Of a stretch of DNA of 64,000 nt, positions 1-10,045 are shown one piece after another (the first letter of the stretch is position 1; each line of letters begins with the position of its first letter). The notes below the pieces were generated by a model. That model was not told the origin of the DNA and ran no database searches. It worked only from the letters and a program-made list of their open reading frames with translations. Origin of the DNA: Bythopirellula sp. (GTDB lineage Bacteria; Planctomycetota; Planctomycetia; Pirellulales; Lacipirellulaceae); assembly GCA_965216565.1 (NCBI GenBank), contig OZ244170.1, forward strand, positions 1,184,001-1,248,000, written 5' to 3'. Made by a program: the position numbers and the translations under genes.

Positions 1-533
1 GTCATGGCGGGGGAGTAGACCGCTCCGCCGGCACAGGGACCCATCACCAGGGAAATCTGGGGAATGACTCCGGAAGCGAGCACGTTCCGCTGAAACACCT
101 CGGCATATCCGCCGAGCGAAGCGACGCCTTCTTGGATGCGTGCCCCGCCCGAGTCGTTGATGCCGATGATGGGCGCGCCGACCTTCATGGCCTGATCCAT
201 CACCTTACAGATTTTTTCAGCGTGCGCTTCGGAGAGTGAACCACCGTAAACAGTGAAATCTTGGCTAATGACGAAGGTCAATCGTCCATTGATCGTGCCA
301 TAACCGGTGACGACGCCGTCGCCGGGAATGCGTTTTTGATCCATGCCGAAGTCCGTACAGCGGTGTTCGACGAACATGTCCCACTCTTCGAACGAACCAG
401 GATCTAAGAGGACATCAATCCGCTCACGCGCTGTGAGTTTACCCTTGGCATGTTGGGCGTCGATGCGATCTTGGCCACCCCCCAACTCGGCTGCAGCCCG
501 CTTTTCCGCGAGCTTGCTGACAATATCTTGCAT
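1..533 (-). CDS. pccB: Acyl-CoA (propionyl-CoA) carboxylase beta / carboxyltransferase subunit, 5' part (runs off window)
   Basis: Manual minus-strand translation from ATG at 533: [39 protein letters not shown]...DGVVTGYG...[13 protein letters not shown]...[11 protein letters not shown], the typical PccB/AccD N-terminus. Not in the ORF track because it is truncated. Confidence 0.92.
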   Translation of the reverse strand, partial: MQDIVSKLAEKRAAAELGGGQDRIDAQHAKGKLTARERIDVLLDPGSFEEWDMFVEHRCTDFGMDQKRIPGDGVVTGYGTINGRLTFVISQDFTVYGGSLSEAHAEKICKVMDQAMKVGAPIIGINDSGGARIQEGVASLGGYAEVFQRNVLASGVIPQISLVMGPCAGGAVYSPAM

Positions 534-1165
534 GTGTGGATCGCAATGGTTAGGAGGGGGCAGTTGAATGGTAGCTAGGGCCTTAATTCTGCGTGTTTTT
601 AGGCCCTTTATCAAGCCCCGCGAGACTCGGCATTTCCTGGTTGAAGTCCAGGCACGAAGCTTTCCAATGCGCAAATTGAAGCGGAGAGGTGAATTAGTAA
701 GTGACTTATAAGGATCCATGGATTGAGTGTGGTCTGGAGCCTCTTGCCAAGCAGATTTTTGAACAGGAGTAACGGAGAGAACGGAGAATCGGTACTTAGT
801 TTGTCGATCTTTTTGTTGGTTACCACTTTGGTTTCAACGCAATCAACCTTTGGACCACACCACCAGAAAAGAATGGGCTTACAGAACTCCGTTGGCTTTG
901 TTTCCTTCTGTTCAACAAAAGAGATATTCATCGCCGAGACTCTAAACCGGTACGGGCGACGATATGCAGTCCGCGCTTTGATATGGCGAGAACTACGGAG
1001 GGGGGGCTAACGCTGGTAATCGTGCGATATGTGGAAATCTCAAAAAACTCTGAGTTGTTTTACTCCGCTTGAGAGCAACCTCTAACCTCAGCATCTACTA
1101 CAGCTTGCGCCGCTTTCTCAGTTGCTAGCTCCAGCCGAAATTGCATGGTGAGGGCAGAAAAAATG

Positions 1166-1193
1166 TTGACACCTTAAGGAAGTGGGGTATCAC
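1166..1193 (+). promoter_or_regulatory. Possible sigma70-like promoter for the LamG/RTX gene
   Basis: Perfect TTGACA at 1166-1171, 16-bp spacer, weak -10 TATCAC; about 60 bp upstream of an AAGGAG ribosome-binding site and ATG 1256. Confidence 0.35.
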
Positions 1194-1255
1194 TGTCCTT
1201 CGAGAGGCACCGCCCAACTTTCTCACAGTTGTACGGAACAAGAAGGAGCAGGGAA

Positions 1256-4200
1256 ATGTTTTTAGATTTGATGAAATTGCGCAAGGGGTGCGCGCAGACG
1301 GTTTGTCGTTTCTTTACTGGTCTTAGTAAGAAATCATCTGCCTACCTATCGGCTCAAGGTTTTTCTGGCCGGGGTTTTTCTGGAAGAATTGAAACGCTAG
1401 AGCAGCGTCAAGTTCTTAACGCCGGACCCATCGATGTATCGTCACTGGATAGCGATACTGTGTATGTGTCGACAGACACATTGTCTTTCTCAGGCGAGAA
1501 GGCCGACGCATTCGAGGTCGCCCATAATAGCGATCTAGCGCTCTCAGAGGGAACGGTCTCGCTGGAGTTTAGTGTGGACGCAACGGATGGTCGTCAGACC
1601 TTGTTCAGTAAGGACCACAGTGGTTACCAGCAGGGAGGACACATCACCGCTTGGGTGGTAGACGACCATGTGGAGGTACGTCTGCAGAGTGACAGCGAAA
1701 GTGTGAAGCTGCACTCAGCGGTTGGCTCGATCACCGCGGGTGAAACGCATCAGGTGGCAGTGAGCTTCGGCGCCGAGGGGGCGCGGCTCTACGTGGATGG
1801 GTTGATTGCCGATGCGGAGGTGGACTTCCAGCAGGGGATTGCCCCGAACGACAATTCGCTAGTATTGGGCGCTAGCACGGTGAGCCGCGATGGCGATCGG
1901 CAGAACTTCCGCGATCCACTCGCTGGCGAGATTAGTAGCTTTGTGATCTATGCCGATCAGTACGGCTTGGCCGAGATGGCAGCGCTGGCTGGAGTCGATC
2001 AGTCGCCGCTGGAGACACCGACCGAGATTGATGGAGTGATGACAGGTACCGAGTACCGCGATACGCTGCGTGACTCGTTGGTTGACGGTAGTTACGGCAA
2101 CGACCTAGTGTTCGGTACGAGAGGCAATGATATCCTCAACGGTGGCGCAGGCTTGGATCGACTGAAAGGTGAAGCCGGCGACGATCTGTTGATTAGCCGT
2201 AGTGACGGCTGGGAACCAGTCATTGCCCAGGACTACGATGCGGGAGACGACCCGTATGGGGAAGTCGATCCCGACTCGCGAACTCTCTATCCAGGTCAGC
2301 CGATTGCCTCGGACGATCTGCTGATCGGTGGCAAAGGGGCCGATACGTTCCGGTTCGAGATCTTAATCAATGCCAAAGAGCGGATTCTATTTAAGCATGT
2401 GAACGACGATGGCACGATCGACTGGAAGGGTGTGACAGGCGAGAACCGATTGGTCCACGACCACTGGGTCGATCGGATCGGCGACGAAGTGATTCTCGAC
2501 TTCAATCGCGCCGAGGGCGACAAGATCGAGATCGTTGGCCATACGACGGACGTTTATAAGGTGACGCATCTGGATACCGATGGCGATGGGGTGTTGGACG
2601 CTTCGCGGCTCTACATTCAGTCGAACCAAGGGAATGCCGGCGCCCATAACAAGGATAAGCTCGGTACGGTCACGGTTTATGGCGACTTGGTGCGTGACGA
2701 AGACTATACGGTTGACGCCCATGCCAATTTAGGGATTGTCGAAACGATCGGTGAACTGGCCGAAGCGCTAGCGCCCAAGTATCGGGGACGACCGGTCACG
2801 ACCGATGGCGAGTCGCACTGGCTCTTGTCAGAGGTAGAGGAAGCGGCACTGCCGGAGAACGCGGTCTTCTCGGTGGGACAATCGTTGTCGTTTAATGGCG
2901 AGAAGGCCGACGCATTCGAGGTCGCCCATCATAGCGATCTAGCGCTCTCAGAGGGAACAGTCTCGCTGGAGTTTAGTGTGGACGCAACGGATGGTCGCCA
3001 GACCTTGTTTAGTAAGGACCACAGCGGTTACCAGCAGGGAGGACACATCACCGCTTGGGTGGTAGACGATCATGTGGAGGTACGTCTGCAGAGTGATAGC
3101 GAGAGCGTGAAGCTGCACTCAGCAGTCGGCTCGATCACCGCGGGTGAAACGCACCAGGTGGCAGTGAGCTTCGGCGCCGAGGGGGCGCGGCTCTACGTGG
3201 ATGGGTTGATTGCCGATGCGGAGGTGGACTTCCAGCAGGGGATTGCCCCGAACGACAATTCGCTAGTATTGGGCGCTAGCACGGTAAGCCGCGATGGCGA
3301 TCGGCAGAACTTCCGCGATCCACTCGCTGGCGAGATTAGTAGCTTTGTGATCTATGCCGATCAGTACGGCTTGGCCGAGATGGCAGCGCTGGCTGGAGTC
3401 GATCAGTCGCCGCTGGAGACACCGACCGAGATTGATGGAGTGATGACAGGTACCGAGTACCGCGATACGCTGCGTGACTCGTTGGTTGACGGTAGTTACG
3501 GCAACGACCTAGTGTTCGGTACGAGAGGCAATGATATCCTCAACGGTGGCGCAGGCTTGGATCGACTGAAAGGTGAAGCCGGCGACGATCTGTTGATTAG
3601 CCGTAGTGACGGCTGGGAACCAGTCATTGCCCAGGACTACGATGCGGGAGACGACCCGTATGGGGAAGTCGATCCCGACTCGCGAACTCTCTATCCAGGT
3701 CAGCCGATTGCCTCGGACGATCTGCTGATCGGTGGCAAAGGGGCCGATACGTTCCGGTTCGAGATCTTAATCAATGCCAAAGAGCGGATTCTATTTAAGC
3801 ATGTGAACGACGATGGCACGATCGACTGGAAGGGTGTGACAGGCGAGAACCGATTGGTCCACGACCACTGGGTCGATCGGATCGGCGACGAAGTGATTCT
3901 CGACTTCAATCGCGCCGAGGGCGACAAGATCGAGATCGTTGGCCATACGACGGACGTTTATAAGGTGACGCATCTGGATACCGATGGCGATGGGGTGTTG
4001 GACGCTTCGCGGCTCTACATTCAGTCGAACCAAGGGAATGCCGGCGCCCATAACAAGGATAAGCTCGGTACGGTCACGGTTTATGGCGACTTGGTGCGTG
4101 ACGAAGACTATACGGTTGACGCCCATGCCAATTTAGGGATTGTCGAAACGATCGGTGAACTGGCCGAAGCGCTAGCGCCCAAGTATCGGGGACGACCGGT

Positions 4201-4846
4201 CACGACCGATGGCGAGTCGCACTGGCTCTTGTCAGAGGTAGAGGAAGCGGCACTGCCGGAGAACGCGGTCTTCTCGGTGGGACAATCGTTGTCGTTTAAT
4301 GGCGAGAAGGCCGACGCATTCGAGGTCGCCCATCATAGCGATCTAGCGCTCTCAGAGGGAACAGTCTCGCTGGAGTTTAGTGTGGACGCAACGGATGGTC
4401 GCCAGACCTTGTTTAGTAAGGACCACAGCGGTTACCAGCAGGGAGGACACATCACCGCTTGGGTGGTAGACGATCATGTGGAGGTACGTCTGCAGAGTGA
4501 TAGCGAGAGCGTGAAGCTGCACTCAGCAGTCGGCTCGATCACCGCGGGTGAAACGCACCAGGTGGCAGTGAGCTTCGGCGCCGAGGGGGCGCGGCTCTAC
4601 GTGGATGGGTTGATTGCCGATGCGGAGGTGGACTTCCAGCAGGGGATTGCCCCGAACGACAATTCGCTAGTATTGGGCGCTAGCACGGTAAGCCGCGATG
4701 GCGATCGGCAGAACTTCCGCGATCCACTCGCTGGCGAGATTAGTAGCTTTGTGATCTATGCCGAGCAACTTAGCGAAGCGGAAATTCCCCTATCAAGCGA
4801 AGCGATGAGCAACGCTGCTGTGGATTTGGCAGTGGCTGAGCTTTAA
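1256..4846 (+). CDS. Secreted LamG-like jellyroll / RTX Ca-binding repeat protein with LEPRxLL-type N-terminal motif
   Basis: RIETLEQRQVLNA motif; three LamG-like domains (HQVAVSF..GARLYVDG..LVLGA); GGxGxDxL nonapeptides (NGGAGLDRL, IGGKGADTF). Start moved to ATG 1256, which follows AAGGAG. Confidence 0.85.
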   Translation: MFLDLMKLRKGCAQTVCRFFTGLSKKSSAYLSAQGFSGRGFSGRIETLEQRQVLNAGPIDVSSLDSDTVYVSTDTLSFSGEKADAFEVAHNSDLALSEGTVSLEFSVDATDGRQTLFSKDHSGYQQGGHITAWVVDDHVEVRLQSDSESVKLHSAVGSITAGETHQVAVSFGAEGARLYVDGLIADAEVDFQQGIAPNDNSLVLGASTVSRDGDRQNFRDPLAGEISSFVIYADQYGLAEMAALAGVDQSPLETPTEIDGVMTGTEYRDTLRDSLVDGSYGNDLVFGTRGNDILNGGAGLDRLKGEAGDDLLISRSDGWEPVIAQDYDAGDDPYGEVDPDSRTLYPGQPIASDDLLIGGKGADTFRFEILINAKERILFKHVNDDGTIDWKGVTGENRLVHDHWVDRIGDEVILDFNRAEGDKIEIVGHTTDVYKVTHLDTDGDGVLDASRLYIQSNQGNAGAHNKDKLGTVTVYGDLVRDEDYTVDAHANLGIVETIGELAEALAPKYRGRPVTTDGESHWLLSEVEEAALPENAVFSVGQSLSFNGEKADAFEVAHHSDLALSEGTVSLEFSVDATDGRQTLFSKDHSGYQQGGHITAWVVDDHVEVRLQSDSESVKLHSAVGSITAGETHQVAVSFGAEGARLYVDGLIADAEVDFQQGIAPNDNSLVLGASTVSRDGDRQNFRDPLAGEISSFVIYADQYGLAEMAALAGVDQSPLETPTEIDGVMTGTEYRDTLRDSLVDGSYGNDLVFGTRGNDILNGGAGLDRLKGEAGDDLLISRSDGWEPVIAQDYDAGDDPYGEVDPDSRTLYPGQPIASDDLLIGGKGADTFRFEILINAKERILFKHVNDDGTIDWKGVTGENRLVHDHWVDRIGDEVILDFNRAEGDKIEIVGHTTDVYKVTHLDTDGDGVLDASRLYIQSNQGNAGAHNKDKLGTVTVYGDLVRDEDYTVDAHANLGIVETIGELAEALAPKYRGRPVTTDGESHWLLSEVEEAALPENAVFSVGQSLSFNGEKADAFEVAHHSDLALSEGTVSLEFSVDATDGRQTLFSKDHSGYQQGGHITAWVVDDHVEVRLQSDSESVKLHSAVGSITAGETHQVAVSFGAEGARLYVDGLIADAEVDFQQGIAPNDNSLVLGASTVSRDGDRQNFRDPLAGEISSFVIYAEQLSEAEIPLSSEAMSNAAVDLAVAEL
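1493..4764 (+). repeat. Intragenic tandem direct repeat, 1404-bp (468-aa) period, about 2.3 copies
   Basis: GGCGAGAAGGCCGACGCATTC starts at 1493, 2897 and 4301; similarity ends near 4764. Confidence 0.97.
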
Positions 4847-4874
4847 TAGTTAAATTGCTTTGCTTCTTCATAGC

Positions 4875-4929
4875 AATGGCCTAGTAGTGCCGGGAGCTAA
4901 TCCCGCGATGCTGCTTGGCCATTCTTCTT
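4875..4929 (+). terminator. Long hairpin after the LamG/RTX gene, possible intrinsic terminator
   Basis: AATGGCC...GGCCATT outer stem, CGGGA/TCCCG inner stem, followed by CTTCTT (weak U tract). Confidence 0.4.
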
Positions 4930-5236
4930 AGAATGAAGTGACGATGTACGCGACTTTAAGTCGCGTTGCTCTGTAGACGGCGATTCGACTGCATACATTG
5001 GGAAAACCACACTTCTCTGGGTGTATGATGCGAATTGAGGGTGTCTTTGGGTTGGTTTGCGCAATAATATTCAGGCTTTGGAGTGATCAACTTGGTGTTG
5101 TGTGGACGGTGAATGTGGGGCGATTGTTAACGACGTTGTTTTTGCAACGTTTCCTGTTGGTAGTGTCGTTGCCGACACCGCTAACGCGGGTGGTTGGTCA
5201 ATGGTGTGGCTGGTTTCGATTTGGAATATTTGAAGA

Positions 5237-8200
5237 GTGCCTGAATCTACCCAAACTATCGATAGTCTAAGCGGCTTCCACGAATGCACGCGAACGTGGT
5301 TTGCCGAAGCGTTTGCTGCGCCGACCAAGGCTCAGGACCTGTCCTGGCCACCCATTCAGTCGGGTCAAAGCACGCTGCTCCTGGCTCCCACTGGTAGCGG
5401 GAAAACGCTTGCTGCTTTTTTGGCGGCGCTGGATCGGGTGATGTTTGGGGGCTTGGGTGAGAGGAATATCGACTCTGCTTTGGAGGCCCCCTCCCCTAGC
5501 CCCTCCCCCGCAGACGAGGGAGGAGGGGGATTGCGTGGAGCCGCGCGAGAACGCTCGGTTGAGGCCGCGCGAGATGCGTCGGGTAAGGCTGCGGGTAGTA
5601 AGTCGGCTCGGGCAGGGGTGCGGGTTCTTTATATCTCTCCGCTGAAGGCCCTGGGCGTAGACATCGATCGCAATCTTAAGGCACCGATCGCCGGCATTCG
5701 GGCTGTAGCGCAGCGTTCTGAGACCTCCTACACTGAACCCTCGGTGGCCGTTCGATCGGGGGATACTCCACAACGCGAGCGTCAAGCCATTCTGCGAATT
5801 CCGCCCGACGTATTAATCACAACGCCAGAGTCGCTGTACCTGATGCTGACCAGCAATGCGGAGTCGATACTCGCTTCGGTCGAGACGGTCATCATTGATG
5901 AAATTCACGTCATGGTTCCGACCAAGCGTGGAGTGCATTTGTTTCTTTCGCTCGAACGTTTAGAACGACTGCGAAAGAAGGCGAATGAAAACTGCCGACC
6001 ACTACAACGGATAGGCCTTTCGGCGACACAGCGGCCCTTGGAAGAAGTTGCCAAACTCCTGGGGGGCGGTGTTGCGACGGCTGATCCTGATTTGGCCGTT
6101 ACGCCACGTCCTGTGCAGATTGTCGACGCCAGCGAGCCGAAGAGGTTGGAACTCACGGTCGAAGTTCCGGTGGAAGATATGGCCAGGTTGGGGGACAACG
6201 CTTTCCGAGACGGGAGTAACTCGGAGAGTGGCAACGCCGCGCTGGGTGAGCCGAGCGATGCCTCGATGTTCACGTCGCCGACGCCGCCAAGTATCTGGCC
6301 TGCGATCCATCCTCGGTTGCTCGAATTAATTAACAAGCACCGTTCGACGATGATTTTCGTGAATAGTCGGCGGCTTGCAGAACGGTTGTCACTTGCGATT
6401 AACGAATTGGCCGCCGAGGAGAATCCGGATGTAGGCGAGGTGGCGCTAGCCCACCATGGGTCGGTTGCCAAAGAAAAGCGTGCGGCGATTGAGGATCGGC
6501 TCAAGCGGGGGCAGCTTCCAGCCATCATCGCCACCAGTTCGTTAGAATTGGGTATCGATATGGGAGCCGTCGATTTGGTCATCCAGATTGAGGCACCCCC
6601 TTCGATCGCATCGGGGATGCAGCGAATTGGTAGGGCAGGGCATCAGGTCGGTGAGTCGTCACGTGGTGTGATCTTCCCCAAATATCGTGGCGACCTACTA
6701 GCCTGTTCAGCCGCGACCGGGCGAATGCTGGAGGGGACGGTCGAGGAGACTTATTATCCTCGCAACCCACTCGACCTCATCGGACAGCAAATCGTGGCGA
6801 TCGTTGCGCGGGAGTCGATCTCTGTTGACGATTTATATGCGCTGCTGCGAGGTGCCGCTCCCTATGCCGACCTCCCCCGAGGATCATTCGAAGGCATCCT
6901 CGATATGTTAGCAGGGAGATATCCTTCCGATGAGTTTTCGGAACTCCGGCCTCGCATCAATTGGGATCGTTTGACTGGCGTCTTGTCGTCGCGACGGGGA
7001 ACACAACGCCTGGCTATCCTCAACGGCGGCACGATTCCAGACCGAGGCCTGTACGGTGTGTTTCTCGCAGGCGATGGTCCCGACGGAACCGGTGGCAGTC
7101 GAGTGGGCGAACTCGACGAAGAGATGGTTTTTGAAACTCAGCCAGGAGATGTGTTCTTGCTGGGCGCCTCGACTTGGCGAGTTTTAGAAATCACCCGCGA
7201 TCGAGTGATCGTGGTTCCGGCTCCTGGCGAGCCTGGCCGGATGCCGTTCTGGCGCGGCGATGCACCAGGGCGTCCGATGGAATTTGGCCGAGCGATTGGC
7301 CAACTCGCCCGTGAACTCACTTTCCAGGATGAACAAGACGCTTTGGAGAGGCTGGATCAGCAGCATGCGCTTGATGGCCGGGCAGCAAAGAATCTGCTGC
7401 GGTATTTGCACGATCAACAAGAGGCAACAGGAGAAACACCTAGCGATCGGGCGATCGTGGTGGAATCGTTCCTCGACGAAATAGGTGACTGGCGGGTTTG
7501 TATACTTTCGCCGTTTGGCGCGCGGGTGCATACTCCTTGGGCCATCGCGGTGGCAGCCCAATTGCGTGAATCGGGTGTTGGCGAAGTCGACATGAGCTGG
7601 AGCGACGACGGGTTGATGTTTCGGCTCTTGGAATCGGAGAATCCCCCCGCGGTCGATCAATTCCTACCGCAGGCGTCGGACGTCGAGGAACTGATTACTC
7701 GCCAGTTGGGTTCAACGGCCCTGTTTGCTGCACGGTTCCGAGAGAATGCTGCCCGGGCTTTGCTATTGCCGAAACGTCGTCCGCAGGGGAGGACTCCTTT
7801 GTGGATGCAGCGTCGCAAGAGTGCTGACTTGCTTCAGGTGGCAGCTCGCTATCCAAGCTTTCCGATCTTGATGGAAACCTATCGCGAGTGCCTCCGCGAC
7901 GTCTTTGATTTGCCCGGGTTGATTTCATTGTTGCGGGATGTCGAGCAGCGACGTGTGCGAATTGTGACGGCAGATACTACGGTCCCATCCCCGTTTGCCG
8001 CCTCGCTGATGTTCAACTACACAGCCAATTTCTTATACGAGGGTGATGCGCCCCTTGCCGAGAGAAGGGCGGCGGCCCTGGCACTCGATCACACACAACT
8101 GCGGGAGCTGTTGGGCGATACGGACTTGAGCGAGTTGCTCGATGAAGAAGTGATTGATCAGATCGGACTGGAAGTCGGGCGGCTCGATCGGCCGATGGTC

Positions 8201-10018
8201 CGTGATGCAGACGATCTGCATGAGCTGCTGCTGATGCTTGGAGATCTTTCGAGAGACGAAATCGCCGTTCGCTGCGACAAAGAGATTATGACTGGCGAAA
8301 TGCTGGAAGCTTCTCTCGACAAGTTGTTGTCCGAGCGACGAATCATGGCAGTGCGGATCGGGGGTGACGATCGTTTTGCGGCTGCGGAAGACGCGGCACG
8401 ACTTCGTGACGCGCTAGGAGTGAACCCAACTCCCGGTCTGCCGGCGGCCTTCTTGCAGAGTGTCACGGATCCGTTGGGCGACATGATCTCGCGTTATGCG
8501 CGAACGCACGCCCCGTTCACGGCAGGCGATGTCGCACAGCGTTTGGGTTTGGGCGAAGCACCTGTTCTCTCAGGATTGCGGCAACTTGCTGAATCGGGGC
8601 GAATCGTAGAGGGTGTGTTCGTCACTGGACTTAGTGGACGCCAGTGGTGCGATGCTTCGGTGCTGCGAAAAATTAAACGTCGCTCTCTGGCCAAGTTGCG
8701 GCAACAGGTCGAGGCAACGCCGGCAGTGGCCCTCGCAAGGTTCTTGCCGGCCTGGCATGGCGTAACTCAGCCCGCACGTGGGATGGATGGGCTGCTTGAT
8801 GTTGTGGAACAACTTCAGGGTGCCCCGCTGCTTGCGAGCGCACTCGAATCAGAAATTCTTCCTGCTCGAATCGTGGATTACCAATCGTCGGACCTGGATG
8901 AGTTGTTCTTGGCAGGTGAAGTTACTTGGCGGGGTATCGAAGGTGTCGGGGCATCTGATGGACGGGTGGCGCTGTATCTGACCGATCAGGAACCGTTGTT
9001 GTCACCCTGGTTACAGAAAGACGATTCGCAGTCGGACGAGCCAGATCCACTGGAGGATGCAATTCGAGAATTGCTAAGCCAGCGGGGTGCGTTGCGATTC
9101 GAAGAAATCGTGGATGCGACGGATGCCTTCTCGAAAGATGTGCTGGACGCCCTCTGGCGACTCGTATGGCAGGGAGAATTAACGAACGATACCTTGGCCC
9201 CGCTGCGTTCGATGCTCAAACAGACCCATGCGATCGGCACGCCCCGATCCAAACGAACTCGAAGAGGGCAATCGCGGAAACCCCGCTTTCGGTCGCGTCG
9301 CCGCTCCGTGTTGGCGGGTTCTGAAGGGCGCTGGTCGCTGGCCGCGCGAAATGAACAGCCATCGACGACCGAACGTCAGGCAGCCGTGGTCATGCAACTC
9401 CTTCAACGCCATGGCGTATTCACACGTGGGGCTGCGTCACGGGAATGGGCTCCCGGTGGGTTTGCGGCCTTGTATCCAGTTCTGAAAGCCATGGAAGAAG
9501 CGGGCAAGGTGCGTCGCGGATATTTTGTGGAAGGCCTCGGTGGAGCACAGTTTGCTGTCACCGGTGCAGACGAATTGTTGCGGGCGGAATCAGATCCGGT
9601 GGATCCACAGGCTTCGAATGCGGTCATTCTGGCAGCCACCGATCCTGCCAATGCCTACGGGGCAGCGCTGCCTTGGCCCAAGCCGGAGGATTCGGCGCCG
9701 AACAATGAAGAAACAGAGAAGAGTCGCCTGCAGCGAACGGCTGGAGCACTCGTAATTTTGTGCGAGGGAAATCTGGTCGGTTACATCGGTCGCAGCGGTA
9801 AGAATCTCACTACGTTTATTTCGTCGGAGGAGCCCGACCGCTCGCGACAAATAAAGCAGCTCGCCACGGCGTTAGCTCGTCGAGCTACCGATCGAGGTTC
9901 GGTGCTGCTCGAGAAAATCGACGGCGAGCGACCAGCCAACTCGCCACTAGCCGAAGCGTTGCTAGAAAGCGGATTTTTCGCCATCAACCGTGGATTTGTC
10001 CATCGTGGCGAAAGTTAA
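5237..10018 (+). CDS. lhr: Lhr family ATP-dependent DEAD/H-box helicase, long form with C-terminal winged-helix region
   Basis: APTGSGKT, YISPLKAL, TTPESL, DEIH, GLSAT, HHGS, TSSLELGID, QRIGRAGH, GGTIPDRG, GELDEEMVFE, RRGYFVEGLGGAQFA; 1593 aa. Confidence 0.95.
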   Translation: MPESTQTIDSLSGFHECTRTWFAEAFAAPTKAQDLSWPPIQSGQSTLLLAPTGSGKTLAAFLAALDRVMFGGLGERNIDSALEAPSPSPSPADEGGGGLRGAARERSVEAARDASGKAAGSKSARAGVRVLYISPLKALGVDIDRNLKAPIAGIRAVAQRSETSYTEPSVAVRSGDTPQRERQAILRIPPDVLITTPESLYLMLTSNAESILASVETVIIDEIHVMVPTKRGVHLFLSLERLERLRKKANENCRPLQRIGLSATQRPLEEVAKLLGGGVATADPDLAVTPRPVQIVDASEPKRLELTVEVPVEDMARLGDNAFRDGSNSESGNAALGEPSDASMFTSPTPPSIWPAIHPRLLELINKHRSTMIFVNSRRLAERLSLAINELAAEENPDVGEVALAHHGSVAKEKRAAIEDRLKRGQLPAIIATSSLELGIDMGAVDLVIQIEAPPSIASGMQRIGRAGHQVGESSRGVIFPKYRGDLLACSAATGRMLEGTVEETYYPRNPLDLIGQQIVAIVARESISVDDLYALLRGAAPYADLPRGSFEGILDMLAGRYPSDEFSELRPRINWDRLTGVLSSRRGTQRLAILNGGTIPDRGLYGVFLAGDGPDGTGGSRVGELDEEMVFETQPGDVFLLGASTWRVLEITRDRVIVVPAPGEPGRMPFWRGDAPGRPMEFGRAIGQLARELTFQDEQDALERLDQQHALDGRAAKNLLRYLHDQQEATGETPSDRAIVVESFLDEIGDWRVCILSPFGARVHTPWAIAVAAQLRESGVGEVDMSWSDDGLMFRLLESENPPAVDQFLPQASDVEELITRQLGSTALFAARFRENAARALLLPKRRPQGRTPLWMQRRKSADLLQVAARYPSFPILMETYRECLRDVFDLPGLISLLRDVEQRRVRIVTADTTVPSPFAASLMFNYTANFLYEGDAPLAERRAAALALDHTQLRELLGDTDLSELLDEEVIDQIGLEVGRLDRPMVRDADDLHELLLMLGDLSRDEIAVRCDKEIMTGEMLEASLDKLLSERRIMAVRIGGDDRFAAAEDAARLRDALGVNPTPGLPAAFLQSVTDPLGDMISRYARTHAPFTAGDVAQRLGLGEAPVLSGLRQLAESGRIVEGVFVTGLSGRQWCDASVLRKIKRRSLAKLRQQVEATPAVALARFLPAWHGVTQPARGMDGLLDVVEQLQGAPLLASALESEILPARIVDYQSSDLDELFLAGEVTWRGIEGVGASDGRVALYLTDQEPLLSPWLQKDDSQSDEPDPLEDAIRELLSQRGALRFEEIVDATDAFSKDVLDALWRLVWQGELTNDTLAPLRSMLKQTHAIGTPRSKRTRRGQSRKPRFRSRRRSVLAGSEGRWSLAARNEQPSTTERQAAVVMQLLQRHGVFTRGAASREWAPGGFAALYPVLKAMEEAGKVRRGYFVEGLGGAQFAVTGADELLRAESDPVDPQASNAVILAATDPANAYGAALPWPKPEDSAPNNEETEKSRLQRTAGALVILCEGNLVGYIGRSGKNLTTFISSEEPDRSRQIKQLATALARRATDRGSVLLEKIDGERPANSPLAEALLESGFFAINRGFVHRGES

Positions 10019-10045
10019 GGAATAGGGACGACACGGAGGTTTATC

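Noticed and set aside
534..1255. Short ORFs or an ncRNA in the long pccB / LamG intergenic region
   Set aside because: No recognisable protein motifs or RNA family structure.
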